Shown one piece after another: positions 34,663-51,600 of a DNA stretch of 64,000 nt; the first letter of the stretch is position 1, and each line of letters begins with the position of its first letter. The notes under the pieces are model-generated. The model did not search any database. It saw nothing but the letters and a program-made list of their open reading frames with translations, and was not told where the DNA came from. Source of the DNA: the human T2T-CHM13v2.0 reference genome, Homo sapiens; the NCBI RefSeq assembly GCF_009914755.1, contig NC_060947.1. The stretch is one strand, 5' to 3'. The translations under genes and the position numbers were made by a program.

Positions 34663-35121
34663 TGTTTTTGAATTTTTAAACATGATTTCACCCAGGCTTT
34701 GTTCGGTTACTATTGCCGGAACATTGGCCCTTATGACCTACTTCCCATTTATGAGAGTTAAAGCCTGAGATCTTGGTGCAGGTGCAGATTACAATATGGA
34801 GCAGTCAGACCTATCTTATTTGTTATTTATGTAGTTCTATGTTCTTATTAATTGCGTCCCTTTGATCTGAGAGGGCCTATTTAAAATCCTGTATTGCTAA
34901 TTTGTGTCTGTTTTTCCTTGAGTGTTCTGTATCTTTTTCTTTAGGAATGTTGGTGATATGTTGCTGGTGCACAGTAATCATAAGTGTTATATCTCCCTTG
35001 GAAATTGTACTCTTTTGCAATAAAATGTGCCCTTCTTTGTCTGTTTTATTGCATTCTAATCGTAATTCATTCTGGTTAGATTTTAAGATTGTGAATCACT
35101 TTTAAAAAATTATCTGCACTT

Positions 35122-35429
<308 letters not shown>

Positions 35430-36324
35430 TTAATTAATTAACTCTGCCAATCTCTGCCTTTAATTGGTGTATTTAGGCAATTTACATTTAAAGTAAATAT
35501 TGATATGGTAGGGTCTCAGTCTGCCATTTTATTATTTGTTTTCTGTTCCCTGTGTTTCTCATTCCTGTGTTTCTTTGTTTGCATTTGTTTGGTCTAGTCG
35601 AATATGTTTTAAAATTCAATTTTCACTGTTCTGCAATACTTTTGAGCATATCGCCTTGTATATTTTTTTGAACACACTTGTTCTTAAATTTTTGTGGATA
35701 CATAGTAGGTGTATTTATTTATGGGTTACATGAGATATTTTGATACAGGCATGCAAAACATAGTAATCACATCAGGGTTAATGGGATACCCATCACATCA
35801 AGCATTTGTCCTTTACGCTACAAACAATTCAATTATACTGTTTTACTGATTTTTAAATGTACAATTAAATCATTTTTGACTGTGTCACCCTGTTATGCTC
35901 ACCTTGTACCTTTTTTTAGTGGTTGCTCTAGGTATTACAATATACATATGTAACCACCATCTTTGTTATTTAAAGATTTGGCATGAAGTGTTTGCATAAC
36001 CTTACTTATGAAGTTTGCATAATCTTACTTATGTTAATATGGTTAGGAGTTAGGCTTTGTTTAAAGTTTGCTGTAGCACTAGGATTCAAAGGCTGCAATT
36101 TCCTCCAGTGTAGTTGTTTTTGTATCCTGTTTGCACTATGGGCTTCTCTAAGTATTCCCTCTCTGAGAGAGTTTTCTATGTTGCAGTTCTTTCAGCTATA
36201 ATTTAATATTATTTTACTGATGCCTTGTGTTGGAAAGATGTGGGGGGAAAGAGGGCATTCTGTAATATCCCATTTAAATCTCAGTGGCTTTAGTGAGCCT
36301 ATTTCTCTGGCTTCTGTTTTTGTT

Positions 36325-36740
<416 letters not shown>

Positions 36741-36825
36741 TGAGTAACAATATCCTCCCCCATGGCTCTGGACAAGGCTCTGTAAAGTATTCCCCACGAA
36801 CACTTAGCCTTTATTATGGAGAAGG

Positions 36826-37664
<839 letters not shown>

Positions 37665-37926
37665 AAGGCTCTGGGCATATTCCAGAATGACTATTCTTTC
37701 CTGTCAAAACCATAAAGGTATCATTCTGAAATCACTGTCAGAACCTGGTGGGATTCCTAGTGGTAAGACCATGATAGTGTGGATCCTGCATCTCCAAGAA
37801 TGCAGCTCTCCAAAGTTAATTCACCCTCATACTAATCCACACTCAACCTCAAGCTATTTGTCAAAATTACAGTTTAAATTTTCTACCAGCTATGGTTCAA
37901 CCAGTTTCTGTTCCTGTTAAGTGGAT

Positions 37927-37970
37927 CTTAGCTGTGATCTACTTAGCTGAGATCTACTTAGCTGTGACTC
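37927..37970 (+). repeat. 15-bp unit x about 3 (CTTAGCTGTGATCTA)
   Basis: Read directly. Confidence 0.85.
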
Positions 37971-38262
37971 TCTGGATTCACCTGCTTCTCAAATTTCAGG
38001 ATGGTGGTTTGTCCTGACAACTCGGTTGTCTGCTGGGACCTAGAAAAATTATTGATTTTTAATTTTGTCCAATTTTATTCTGTTTGAAGGATGAGTGTGA
38101 CAAATTCCAAGCACATTACATGTCAGAATAGCTTCCCGTTTCCTCAGCAATACTTGAGTATTGTCTTTAGCTCCCAAATACTTATTCTCTCTTTCTGAAG
38201 CTCTGGTGATTCAAATGTTTGATCTTTTGTTTTAATCCCACAGTTCTGTCCATTTTTGTTTA

Positions 38263-38477
38263 CTTGTTTTTCCCTGTTTTCAGATTGAGTATATCCTATT
38301 AATCTGTACTAATGTACAGATTATGCTGCATTACTGTACATGAGTACAGTACTTATATACAGATTAATAGGATATACTCAATCTAAAAACAGGGAAAAAC
38401 AAGATATAATCAGGTTCACTGATTATATAAAATATAAAACAGGGAAACACAGATATAATCAGGTTCACTGATTATAT
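38263..38477. repeat. Complex inverted/direct repeat cluster within antisense L1 ORF1
   Basis: 46-bp inverted repeat 38263-38308 / 38358-38403 (1 mismatch), plus an approximately 42-bp direct repeat 38386-38427 / 38436-38477. Confidence 0.95.
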
Positions 38478-39221
38478 CTTCCATCATCTCCATTCTACTG
38501 TAGAGCCTGTCCAGCAAGTTATTAATTTTGTTTATCATATTTTTTAGTTTTATAATTTCCATTTGGTCCTTTCCTATAATTTCTATAACTTGCCAGGGAT
38601 TTTCTTGTTTTCATTTACTTCACGGTAATCCAGACTTACTTCTTCAAGTAATTTTACATTGGCTACTTTAAAATCTTTGTGTGATACTCCCAAAATCTGA
38701 CTCATTTCTGTTGGTGTCAGTTGATTGACTTTTCTTGTTTGAGTTGTGATTTCCCAGTTCTAGGTATGATGAATGATTTTTTTATTGTGTCCTGTATATT
38801 GCAAAGAGATCCTTAATCCTTTCATAGCTTCTATTTTTGCACGAAGTTGCTCTGTTAAGGTTTGGCCTGTTGGTTCTGGCATATTTTCATGGGCTGTAGT
38901 TCCAATGGCATTTCGTTTAATGAGCCTTTTCAATGCAGTTCTGGGCTTCATTGTTTTACTAACCCCACTTGAGTTCCCGATGAATTGCTGTGGGAGCTGC
39001 CTATAGAGGCAGAAGGTGCTTTCCTGGGCCACCCAGTGACATTATGTAAGAGGTGTGGGATTCAGGATCCATAGAATATAGATTATTTCCCTGGTCTCTT
39101 TTTCAGTCATCTAGTACCACTGGCCTTCCTAATCAATATCGACCAGTTTCCCCAGGAGAGGGAAGTATGTACCTGGGCCATCTGCTGCTGCTGGTTGGAG
39201 GGCCAGGAGCTACAGACCTGG

Positions 39222-39281
39222 CTCTCTTCTACTGGGGGAAGCGTTGGATATCTCTCTTCCACTGGGGGAAGCGTCGGGAGA
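39222..39281 (+). repeat. 30-bp tandem duplication
   Basis: CTCTCTTCTACTGGGGGAAGCGTTGGATAT / CTCTCTTCCACTGGGGGAAGCGTCGGGAGA. Confidence 0.85.
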
Positions 39282-39406
39282 TTCTGCAACTGGTTCACCT
39301 TCTGTTGCAGAATAGATGTCTGGAAAATGCCAGGCCTAGTTGCTTTCTGCTATTGGGTGGAAGGGCCACAGATAACCTGGCCTGGATCTTCTGCTGCCAA
39401 GTCTAT

Positions 39407-40182
39407 TGATACAGACAGGAGGCAGAGAAATACTGGGTAGAAGATGGCGGTTCCCCAGCAAAGGCCCCACCCTCAAGCCTGGAAACCGCAGCCCTAAATG
39501 AGAACGGTTATCCCTGTTTTCCCGCCCGAATGCTGCTTTTTCCAAAACCACCCTTGCTCGCCATGCCCCCTATCCTGTACCCATTAAAACCCCAAACTCC
39601 ACTGGCAGAAGAGCAGAGCAGTGCAGCAGAGAAGGAGAGAAGAGAACAAGGGGCCGAATGTCTAGAGGAGAAGAGGCAACTGAGCATCAGAGACTACAAT
39701 AGATGTGGCTTGACTTCAGATGGCAGGACTTTGGGGAGGAGCCCGGAGATGACCAGGCTTCAGGGGAGATCACCTTCTCAGCTCCCCTTCAGCTGAGAGC
39801 CACTTCCACCGCTTAATAAAGTCTCCACGTTCACCTTCCTTGAAGTCCCTGTGACCTGATTCTTCCTGGACACTGTAGAAATACCCAGGTACAAAGAGGG
39901 CAGGGTGTAACAGACTGTCACCCTGACTCCCCACTGAGCTGGTTAACATTTAGCCATCCACAGACGGCAACCGCTAAAAGAGCATTAATTGTAACACACC
40001 CCTAGTCACTGCCACGGGGCCAGGGCTCAAAAGTGCTCACCCCAGCCTGGCACCCGCTTGCCTATGTGCTCTCCCCCCTACTACAAGAGGTTTGAGCTTG
40101 GAGGCAGAGCAAAATGAGCCACCCCACCCCCACACTCCATCACAAGGCCCAGAGGGGGTCAGGAGGGAACTGTCAGGTCTCA
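39407..40182 (+). mobile_element. MER50 ERV1 solo LTR
   Basis: TGATACAGACAGGAGGCAGAGAAATACTGGGTAGAAG ... GTCTCA; internal AATAAA; 4-bp TSD CTAT at 39403-39406 and 40183-40186. Confidence 0.88.
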
Positions 40183-40621
40183 CTATGTCTGGACGGTTCT
40201 TTTCCCTTGGATGAAGACTAGGGAGACAATGGCCTTGGATTACTTTCTGCCACTGAAGGGAGGGCCCAGAGGAAATGAGGCTTGTTGGCATCACCTGTGC
40301 ATGTGGAACCACCCACCTGTAATCAGCCTGTGAAGGTCACTGGGTGAGTTGGCCCTCTGGGGATTAGCTGTAGCTGCAGGGAAATAAGACATGCTGTTTC
40401 CTTCATTTTGGGATGCAGAGTGGGTTATTCTGCCCACCAGGCCATGAATACCCGTTGCAGCTGCTGCTGATTGGTTGATTAACTGAATATTTATTTTTTT
40501 GAAATAGAAAAAATTATGTGTGGGCCACTTTCACATCCAGTCACGACTGTGATGAAATAACTTGTTACAATCCTACTCACTACAGGGAAAAAGTAAAAAA
40601 GCTCGATGAAAGAAAAAAATG

Positions 40622-40932
40622 GGCCAGGTGTGGTGGCTCGTGCCTGTCATCCCAGCACTTTGGGAGGCCAAGGCGGGAAGATCATTTGAGGTCAGGAGTT
40701 TGAGAGCAGCCTGGCCAACATGGTGAAACCCTGTCTCTACTAAAAATACAAAAAATTAGCTGGGAGTGGTGGCAGGCACCTGTAATCCCAGCTACTCCGG
40801 AGGCTGAGACAGGAGAATCACTTGAACCCAGGAGGTGGACGTTGCAGTGAGCTTAGATGGCACCACTGCGCTCCAGCCTGGGTGACAGAAAGAGGCTCTG
40901 TCTCTAAAAAAATAAAAAGAAAAGAAAAGAAA
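40622..40932 (+). mobile_element. AluSx/Sz
   Basis: Full Alu dimer with A-rich tail. Confidence 0.92.
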
Positions 40933-41406
40933 ATTTTACTTGAAGGCATCAGAGAACTTATTTTGTGTCCAGGACATCAGAGTGGAAGAATCTGGAGGTT
41001 AGAGAAACTCACTGAGGGGAATTCAACTATCTTGTGCTGCTTTTTCCCTCAGATAATTTGCTGAATCCCAAACTGCCTGTGTGAGAGGACATCATTCCAT
41101 ATGCAAAACATTAGCTAAGAGGTAGAGAAGACATCAGCTCTTCAGGAAACTCACGGGGCTATGGAAACAAAACTTAGAGTTCAGACAACCAAACTTGTGA
41201 ATATTTGAGAAGTCAAGATCTCAGGAAAAAGAAAAGCAGACAAAAGTGAGACCAATATGGGGTGGTTTTCTTCCTAAAGGCATTTGTCCACACTTAAGCT
41301 ACAGAAAACATGTGACTAAGAAGCTCAGCAGACATCACTTAAAAGTCTCAACAGATTTCTCAGAAGTCCCCAGGCATCAGAGAACTTATTTTGTGTCCAG
41401 GACATC

Positions 41407-41582
41407 CCCTTTGACCTTCCCTATGATATGACACAGTATAAAAGCCCACACCAGAAGCCAAGCAGATTCCAGCACCATGCCCCTTGAGCTTCCCAGCCTG
41501 CAGAGACATGAGCTAAGTAAGCCTCTTTTCTTTATAAATTACCCAGTCTCAGATATTCTGCTATACCGAATGGACTAAGACA
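41407..41582 (+). mobile_element. MST/MLT1A LTR 3' fragment
   Basis: CTTTTCTTTATAAATTACCCAGTCTCAGATATTCTG..GGACTAAGACA. Confidence 0.75.
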
Positions 41583-41907
41583 TCAATCAAATGGATACAC
41601 TGAAACATGGAGAAATGAAAATTTTAAACCTGAAACTAAGAACTCAATATTTGAGTTTAACTGAGTACTGGAAACAGAAGAATAGAAGGAGAGGGAAAGG
41701 CCAAACAGGAATCACACATACGTGTAAAGTTTGTTCCTGAGACATCACAGATACACCACCTGCATAGAAGGGGCAAGGACAAATAATGGTGAACATGGTA
41801 GCTAATACCTATGGCAACTAATACCAATACCAGCACTGTGTGATGGACACTGTCTGGACTCCATTATCCAGAGACAGAATATACGTGTCACATATGTTCA
41901 AATCATT

Positions 41908-44620
<2,713 letters not shown>

Positions 44621-45371
44621 TCCTTCCACCAGATGTTTAAAACTGACATTACCACTTTGCTGTCTTTGGCATTATTCAGGTATTACTGCATTTGGAGACA
44701 GAAAAACTAAGACTCACTCTCCTTTACTGGATCTTCCTACTTATTAGGGAACAAGTGACCTCCACTAGGCTCATAGATTTGATTATCTTTTGGCTTGCAA
44801 AATTCATTTCTTCACATTACCATTAATTATCATTCACGCTGTTTGCTCTATGCTAGTCTATGCAGTCACCTGCTATTGCTCTACTTCCCAGCGACTTGTA
44901 CAGCTCAAATTAGCTTGTTCCCTAACATACTTCCTCTTTACTGTAGTACCAGAGCTCCTATGATTGTAGTTTGTCAATAAATCACCAAGTTCCTCTTCTC
45001 TGCTTCTTAATCTCTATGTTTTTTATTTTCCATTATGGGTGTGCATTTTGAGGACTAATAAGTGTTTGGGCCTTGGCCACATCAAAGAATATTTTGTGAC
45101 CAGCCTTTTTTTCCCTCAAACTTCAATTTTCTGATTGCTAACATGGATCTAGGAGTTTGCTCTCCTGTGTTATTGTATGCAAATTCTGGGATGTGTAAGA
45201 CATATATGCACATGTTTACTTGGTGACTTAGTCCATTAGTACTACTATAACAAAATACCTGAGACCACATAATTTATAAAGAGCAAAAATTTGTTTTTCA
45301 CAGTTCTGGAAGCTGAAAGTCCAAGATCAAGGTGTGGGCATTGCAAGAATTGGGGACTGCCTCAGAATGGA

Positions 45372-45734
45372 TAATATGGTTTGGCTCTGTGTCCCCACCC
45401 AAATCTCATCTTGAATTATAATAATCTCCATGTGTCATGGGAGGGACCCAGTAGGAGGTAATTGAATCATGGGGGTGGGATCTTCCCATGCTGTTCTCGT
45501 GATGGTGAATAAATCTCACAAGAGCTGATGGTTTTATAAAGGGCACTTTCACTACACATGCTGTTTCTCTTGCCTGCCACCATGTAAGACGTGTCTTGCT
45601 TTCCCTTCACCTTCTGCCATAATTGTGAGGCCTCCCCAGGCGTGTAGAACTGTGAGTCAATTAAACTTCTTTCCTTTATAAAGTACCCAGTTTTGGGCAT
45701 GTCTTTATTAGCAGCATGAGAACAGAGTAATACA
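45372..45734 (+). mobile_element. THE1 MaLR solo LTR
   Basis: ATATGGTTTGGCTCTGTGTCCCCACCCAAATCTCATCTTGAATT ... GAACAGAGTAATACA; 5-bp TSD ATGGA at 45367-45371 and 45735-45739. Confidence 0.92.
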
Positions 45735-47479
45735 ATGGAGATACAATTTTTCCCTTTTAACCTCAAACTTGAGCTGTATTTGGGTAAGGTATTCTCATGC
45801 TTGGATATCAGACATTTCAGCCCTAGCTAAGATTTCTGTCCCATACTTTCCTGTGGTAGTGGTAGGTACTGGTATTTGAAAATGATGAAGTTTCTTAAGT
45901 GACATATAATTCCCATCTCTGTGGTTCTTTGTAGCTTCCACACATCCTTGCATCTAGCACCCCAGGGCCATACCTATGAATGTGGGTTCACCTCTTAGAT
46001 CAGAAAATTGAGGCAGATAGTGGTTAAGAAAATTAAACAAAACACAAGATTACATATGGTAAGTCTTGCATTTGAACCCCAGCCATGTGACACTTGTACA
46101 AGTCAGTGTTTGGTTGATGTTAACAGAATGTACTCTGTTAATTAGCACAGGGACTAACATGGGGAGTTAGGGGTTTATAAATAGTATACTTCTAGGGTTC
46201 AGAGCAACAGGTTGTTTTGTTTTGTTTTGTTTTGTTTTTTCCCGACCTCTCAGAATAATTACCACAATCATACAGCACAGTTGACTCTCAAGTAGGGCTG
46301 CCGCCTCTTTCACAGTTGAAGAGTTGGGGAATCAGGAGGCTTCCACTGCAACTGCAGGTTCTTGGCAAACAGTACCTTAGTTGATCTCCTGGAAACAGGA
46401 AACTCCACCAGAAGTGTTGGCCCAAGGGAGATATTTTTCCCAGCTAGGTCTATACCTCCAAGTTATGCTTGCCTTACCTCACATTTCTCTACACTTAGAT
46501 TGGCTTTAAGTGGAATCTGTCTAAGGTGCATCAGATTGACAGAAGGTAAAACACATTTGGAATCCCAGCAGCAAAACTCTAGGAAATGGAGGCTTAAGCT
46601 TTCTAGCCATCTCAGCACAGAGAAGCTTATTTGTGAATGGGGCTGGAACATACGCCAAGAGAACCAATATAAGGCACAGTGTTCTTAACTCTATGTTCAC
46701 TAGCTCCTCAATATTTTTCTGTTCTCCTCCTTTCAGCCTACCATACACCACTGTTACCTAAACCTGGATGAAACTTAAGACTCTGCTTGTGCCCCAAGTT
46801 GCTCAGTGATGCTAGATGTAAGATGGGGAAAGAGAGGAATCTCAAAACCTAAACATATTATGTCCTCCAGTCTAGTGCTGTTTTGGTTTACCTAAATTCT
46901 TTAAAAAATAATTTTATTACTCCCAAATCAGCCACCTCCCCCATACCATAAGGGCCTATTATAAATCTTCCCCTATTCATCATTTTTCTTATTTTAGTCT
47001 TCCTTCACAATTTCCAGTCTCCTACTTCAGGAAAGAAACACAAATCCTCATGAAAGAACTACAGTGAATTATCCTTTCTCTCTTAAATTTATTATATTTC
47101 CATTCTTTCCAGATAATCTAAGATTTAACCTTCTTCCTCTATTTGTGATTTAACTCTGCCAAATCTCCCTATTCCTTTCTTTATATATATATATAATAGA
47201 TGATACAAGCCAGTGTGGTCTTAGAATCATATTGTCTGTGTTTGAACTCCAAGTCCGCTATTTACTAGCTATGTGACGTTGAGTAATCCCTGGCCTCTCT
47301 GAATGTTATTTTCTTATCTGTAAAACAGTGATAAGATTACCTTCTTCAAAGGATGATAGGGAAAATTAAATGAGAGAATCCATATAAAATAATTGAAATA
47401 TGATCTACGCTTAGGAAGCACTCAATAAAATTGACTATCAGATAGATACAATTCAACTATGAAATACAGGCAGAGAATA

Positions 47480-48730
47480 GAGAGAGCATTTATGCAAAGA
47501 AAAAATCTGTTTATTTTAAATCATATTGATGGTGGTGGTACTGAGACAACTATATGTGTAGGTGGGATAAATCAAATGAGTAATTATTTTATTTTCTAAT
47601 TCTATCTATCTTTCCATGTTATCATTGAGAACCAGTATTCCTGGTTTGGCAAACATTTGTATAATTGGTCTGGTACATCTTGTCAAACCATATAATAAAT
47701 AAACCATCAAGGACTACTAGCATAGTCTCAAAAGTGTTCAGAACTCAACCAGAAGAGGCACTGGCAAATGATCATCAATAAGTATAGTAAGCAAAATTTA
47801 TCAAAATGCCTCAAATATATGTAAATCCAATAATTCACAATTATCCCTTTTAAAATCCTTATTTGTCATGTGTGTAGGATTCTAGGGAACCAACTCATTA
47901 TTTTTTAAAGCTCCTAAATAACACGAAAGAATCAAGCACTTTTCCTGCATTTCCTTTGCAATCTATATCTGAAAGTAACAAAACTGTTGAAGGTAAATTT
48001 TTTGGAACAGCACTCCAGTTAATAAAAACAGAAAGAATGACAGAAGTGCAATATCACAATTTTGCAACCTCTAATGATATGTCTCTAAACAAGTATCAAT
48101 AATTGTGGCTAACTGTAAAAAGAGTCACAACCCGACCTCATGTGCCTCTTGATGGAAATAATCAAAATTCCCTTGAAGTATTCTTGTTAAAAAATTGCAC
48201 CTGAATCTGATCAAGCTCATAGATTTAATTATTGATAAACAGGAAATACAGAGAACAAAGGAATATTCTAAACTCTACCATAGACATACAGTCAGCAAAG
48301 CTGAGAATGTAAAAAAACAAAAAAACAAACAAAAAAACCTCTCTACCAGTCACATCATCCACTTTCCTCAATAAATAAATGACATGAAAAAGGGGAAGAT
48401 AGGTTGGGTATCCAGAGATAAAAAAGACTTAAAAGAAATATCAAAAAAGCAGGCCAAATTGAACTGTAGTGTCTGAGTGTACACATTTGTGTAATAAAAC
48501 TATACGGAAAATCGTATAGGTTATTACCATAAATGTCACAATAGCAGTTACATTGAGAGGTGGAGGAAGTCATTTGTGATTGAACAGGGCACAAGGAAGC
48601 CTTCTGGGCTGGCTGGCAAATTTCTCTTGACTTGGATGGTTGTTACAAGTGTGTTTCCTTTCTCATAAGTCAATAACCTATAATTTTTAATGTGACTTTC
48701 TGTGTTTGTGCTATATTTTACAATAAAAAA
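47480..48730 (+). mobile_element. L1MC-type 3' region
   Basis: GGATTCTAGGGAACCAACTCATTATTT, CCTGAATCTGATCAAGCTCATAGAT, CTATATTTTACAATAAAAA. Confidence 0.7.
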
Positions 48731-49484
48731 GATTTTTAAAGGAGGAAAAAGATTGAATTAAGCAATGGTTGGATATCACCTACACTCTTTTTTAAATTTT
48801 CCTCTTTGGTGAGGAAAATTCTCTCATTTACTGATGAACTCTTAGGCAGAAAGACTGGAGACAAGCATCCCATCACACAAACCAAAAGATTTTTGTCCAA
48901 GGCCAATCTCTCTGGACACAATCTGGTCAGTGCTTCTCTCTCTTGCGTTGAACTGCCTCCCCTGGAACCTCATGAATGATGGATTATGAGGACATTCACA
49001 GACTATTTCTGACTTCTCCTTTATCGTTCTAACAGTGAAGTATCCTCTGTTCTCTGAGATATCACTAAGTAGCAGTCATACCAATATGTTCATGACCAAT
49101 GCATTCGACCCAGGTGAAGGAAAAATCCCAGATGTCTCCTGCTTCCTTGCATGAATTACCTTATGTGAACACGGCTGCCAAAACCTTGACAGGTTCTCCC
49201 AGAAATGTCCATTCTAGGTTCACACAATGTCCAAGAAGGCTCCAGCACTTGTGTGGAGGGTCTCTCTGCACATTCTACCTCTCAGTTCTTCCTGTTTATT
49301 GTGAATAGGTGTGCACATTCTCTTTATGTCACTGTAAATAATTAATCCATAACCGGAGGCAAAAAGAATGAAGGTGTGGAAACAGTACAGAGCTAGTATA
49401 ATAGTGGCAGCCCCAGAGTGAAAACATCAAGGGTCCAAGTCTGTCTTTTTTCCTACCCCTAAAGTCTGGAGAACACAATTCTCA

Positions 49485-49883
<399 letters not shown>

Positions 49884-50944
49884 CTAAGCAGATTGTTTGG
49901 ACTGAATAGTCTTTCTAGGTATGTCACAAAACCTGAATTCATAAAAGCAAAAGGTGACAGATTTGAGTACATGAAGACTAAAAACAGATTCAGAGAATAA
50001 GTTTGTATTTTCTATGTCAGTTTGCACTAAATTAATTTACAAACAAGGTCGCTGAGGCTTTGACTCAACTGTTAACACTTTCTGAGAGTGAGATTCTTTT
50101 GATTAGGGTCTTAAGGTCTTTGTTCATCTCAGAAGTCTTAATTGGTTTAATTAGGCTGACACCTACAGCCCTGTCTCATTACCATAAACTGTAGAGGGGT
50201 TCAACATGACACTGATTGTTTCTTAGAGCAAAGCCAGTGCAGTGAGTAGGATTCCAGGCCCCCCGGAATGAAGCAGGAAAACCCGAGGCCTGTGGATGCA
50301 GGATGTACTAGGGAGGTGCTGGGGAGTAGTGCAGATAAACCCAGAATTCAGTTGGTTGGTAAAACAAGAGTGATCTGAGTCCTGTGCTTGTCTACGTGAT
50401 CCACCATTGAATGGCAGGCCAGCCATTGTGCAGGCATCTGCATATGAAGTGACTGGAAGCTTCACTGGAACAAGGATCTCCTTGGAAATTCTCTCCCCTC
50501 AGACAGCCAGGGTGCTTAACATGAAAAGAAGTTGTAACCCTATCCTTAAACTATAGAAGCCATCAGCAGAAGTTACAGGCTTATGGGGGCCCACTGGAAA
50601 GGGAAAATCAAAAGGCCTGTGGATTTCAAATTAATGAGTGATCTTAAGTTGCATTTCCTAAGTTCGGCTACAGACTCATATATTTCATGAGTCCCTCCCT
50701 ACCCATTCCTTGCCTCTCCCTTCAGTTGCTGGGTTTCTGAATTTCTGTATAGTTAACCCTTATCTTGCCTCCCATTTGTTCAATAGAAATGATCACTTTT
50801 ACTTGAATCTTTTGGTAGAATTGTATACCATGTGTTCCTGTCTAGGTTTAATCATCAGATTGTGGTCAAATTGCTCTGCCAGACTGTGTGAACAAAAAAG
50901 TGAATGGAAATTTTCGTTTTAAAAAATAATACTTTTGGACTTAG

Positions 50945-51600
50945 CCCGTGGCTAAGAAGAAGTAAGGAAGCCAAGCGTACGGATAGCAGCGAGGGGTCAA
51001 TCCACGCCCGGCGTTGGGTCGGGGGTGGAGGAGTCGGAAGTGGTTGGGGTTTGGGGGAGGAGATCCGCTCACACACAAGAGGAGAGTGTTGAGCCGCCAT
51101 ATCTGCTGCTGCCGCCGCAGTTGCGAATGCAGCATCGGCGCTTAGCTGCCTCCGCGGTGCAGCTAAGGTTCGTGTCGCTACCCCTTGGCCCTTCGCTCTT
51201 GCTGCCTTAACCCCGCCGGCGGAGCCCGCTCTTCTGGCCTGTTGAGCCCGCTCCCTCACTGCCACACAGCAAGTTCCGAGACCATGGATTCGGGCAGCAG
51301 CAGCAGCGACTCGGCGCCCGATTGCTGGGACCAGGTGGACATGGAATCCCCGGGGTCGGCCCCGAGCGGGGATGGAGTCTCCTCTGCGGTGGCCGAGGCC
51401 CAGCGCGAGCCCCTCAGCTCGGCTTTCAGCCGTAAGCTCAACGTCAACGCCAAGCCCTTCGTGCCTAACGTACACGCCGCGGAGTTCGTGCCGTCCTTCC
51501 TGCGGGGCCCGACTCAGCCGCCCACCCTCCCGGCCGGCTCCGGCAGCAACGATGAAACCTGCACCGGCGCGGGATACCCTCAAGGTAAAAGGATGGGACG
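50945..51600 (+). promoter_or_regulatory. GSPT2 CpG island/promoter with ETS site CGGAAGTG (51035-51042) and YY1-like GCCGCCATAT (51093-51102)
   Basis: CpG-dense and TATA-less; motifs read directly; function inferred. Confidence 0.75.

Noticed and set aside
38263-38403. Pre-miRNA or MITE interpretation of the 46-bp hairpin
   Set aside because: The left arm is ordinary L1 sequence continuous with its flank and there is no TSD; a repair-templated origin explains it better. There is no expression evidence.
48740-49310. Apparently non-repetitive stretch upstream of GSPT2, considered as a pseudogene or continuation of the ERV
   Set aside because: I found no recognisable protein motif in the frames I read; it remains unassigned without a database search.
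51185-51283. 33-codon in-frame TTG extension of GSPT2 (likewise the GTG at 18131 for CENPVL1)
   Set aside because: Non-AUG starts come from the ORF caller. The downstream ATGs have strong Kozak contexts and give the expected protein lengths. Ribosome profiling would be needed to revive this.
50855-51583. 242-aa antisense ORF over the GSPT2 CpG island, and antisense ORFs within the CDS
   Set aside because: Stop-poor GC-rich sequence or mirror frames of a real CDS; no independent coding signal.
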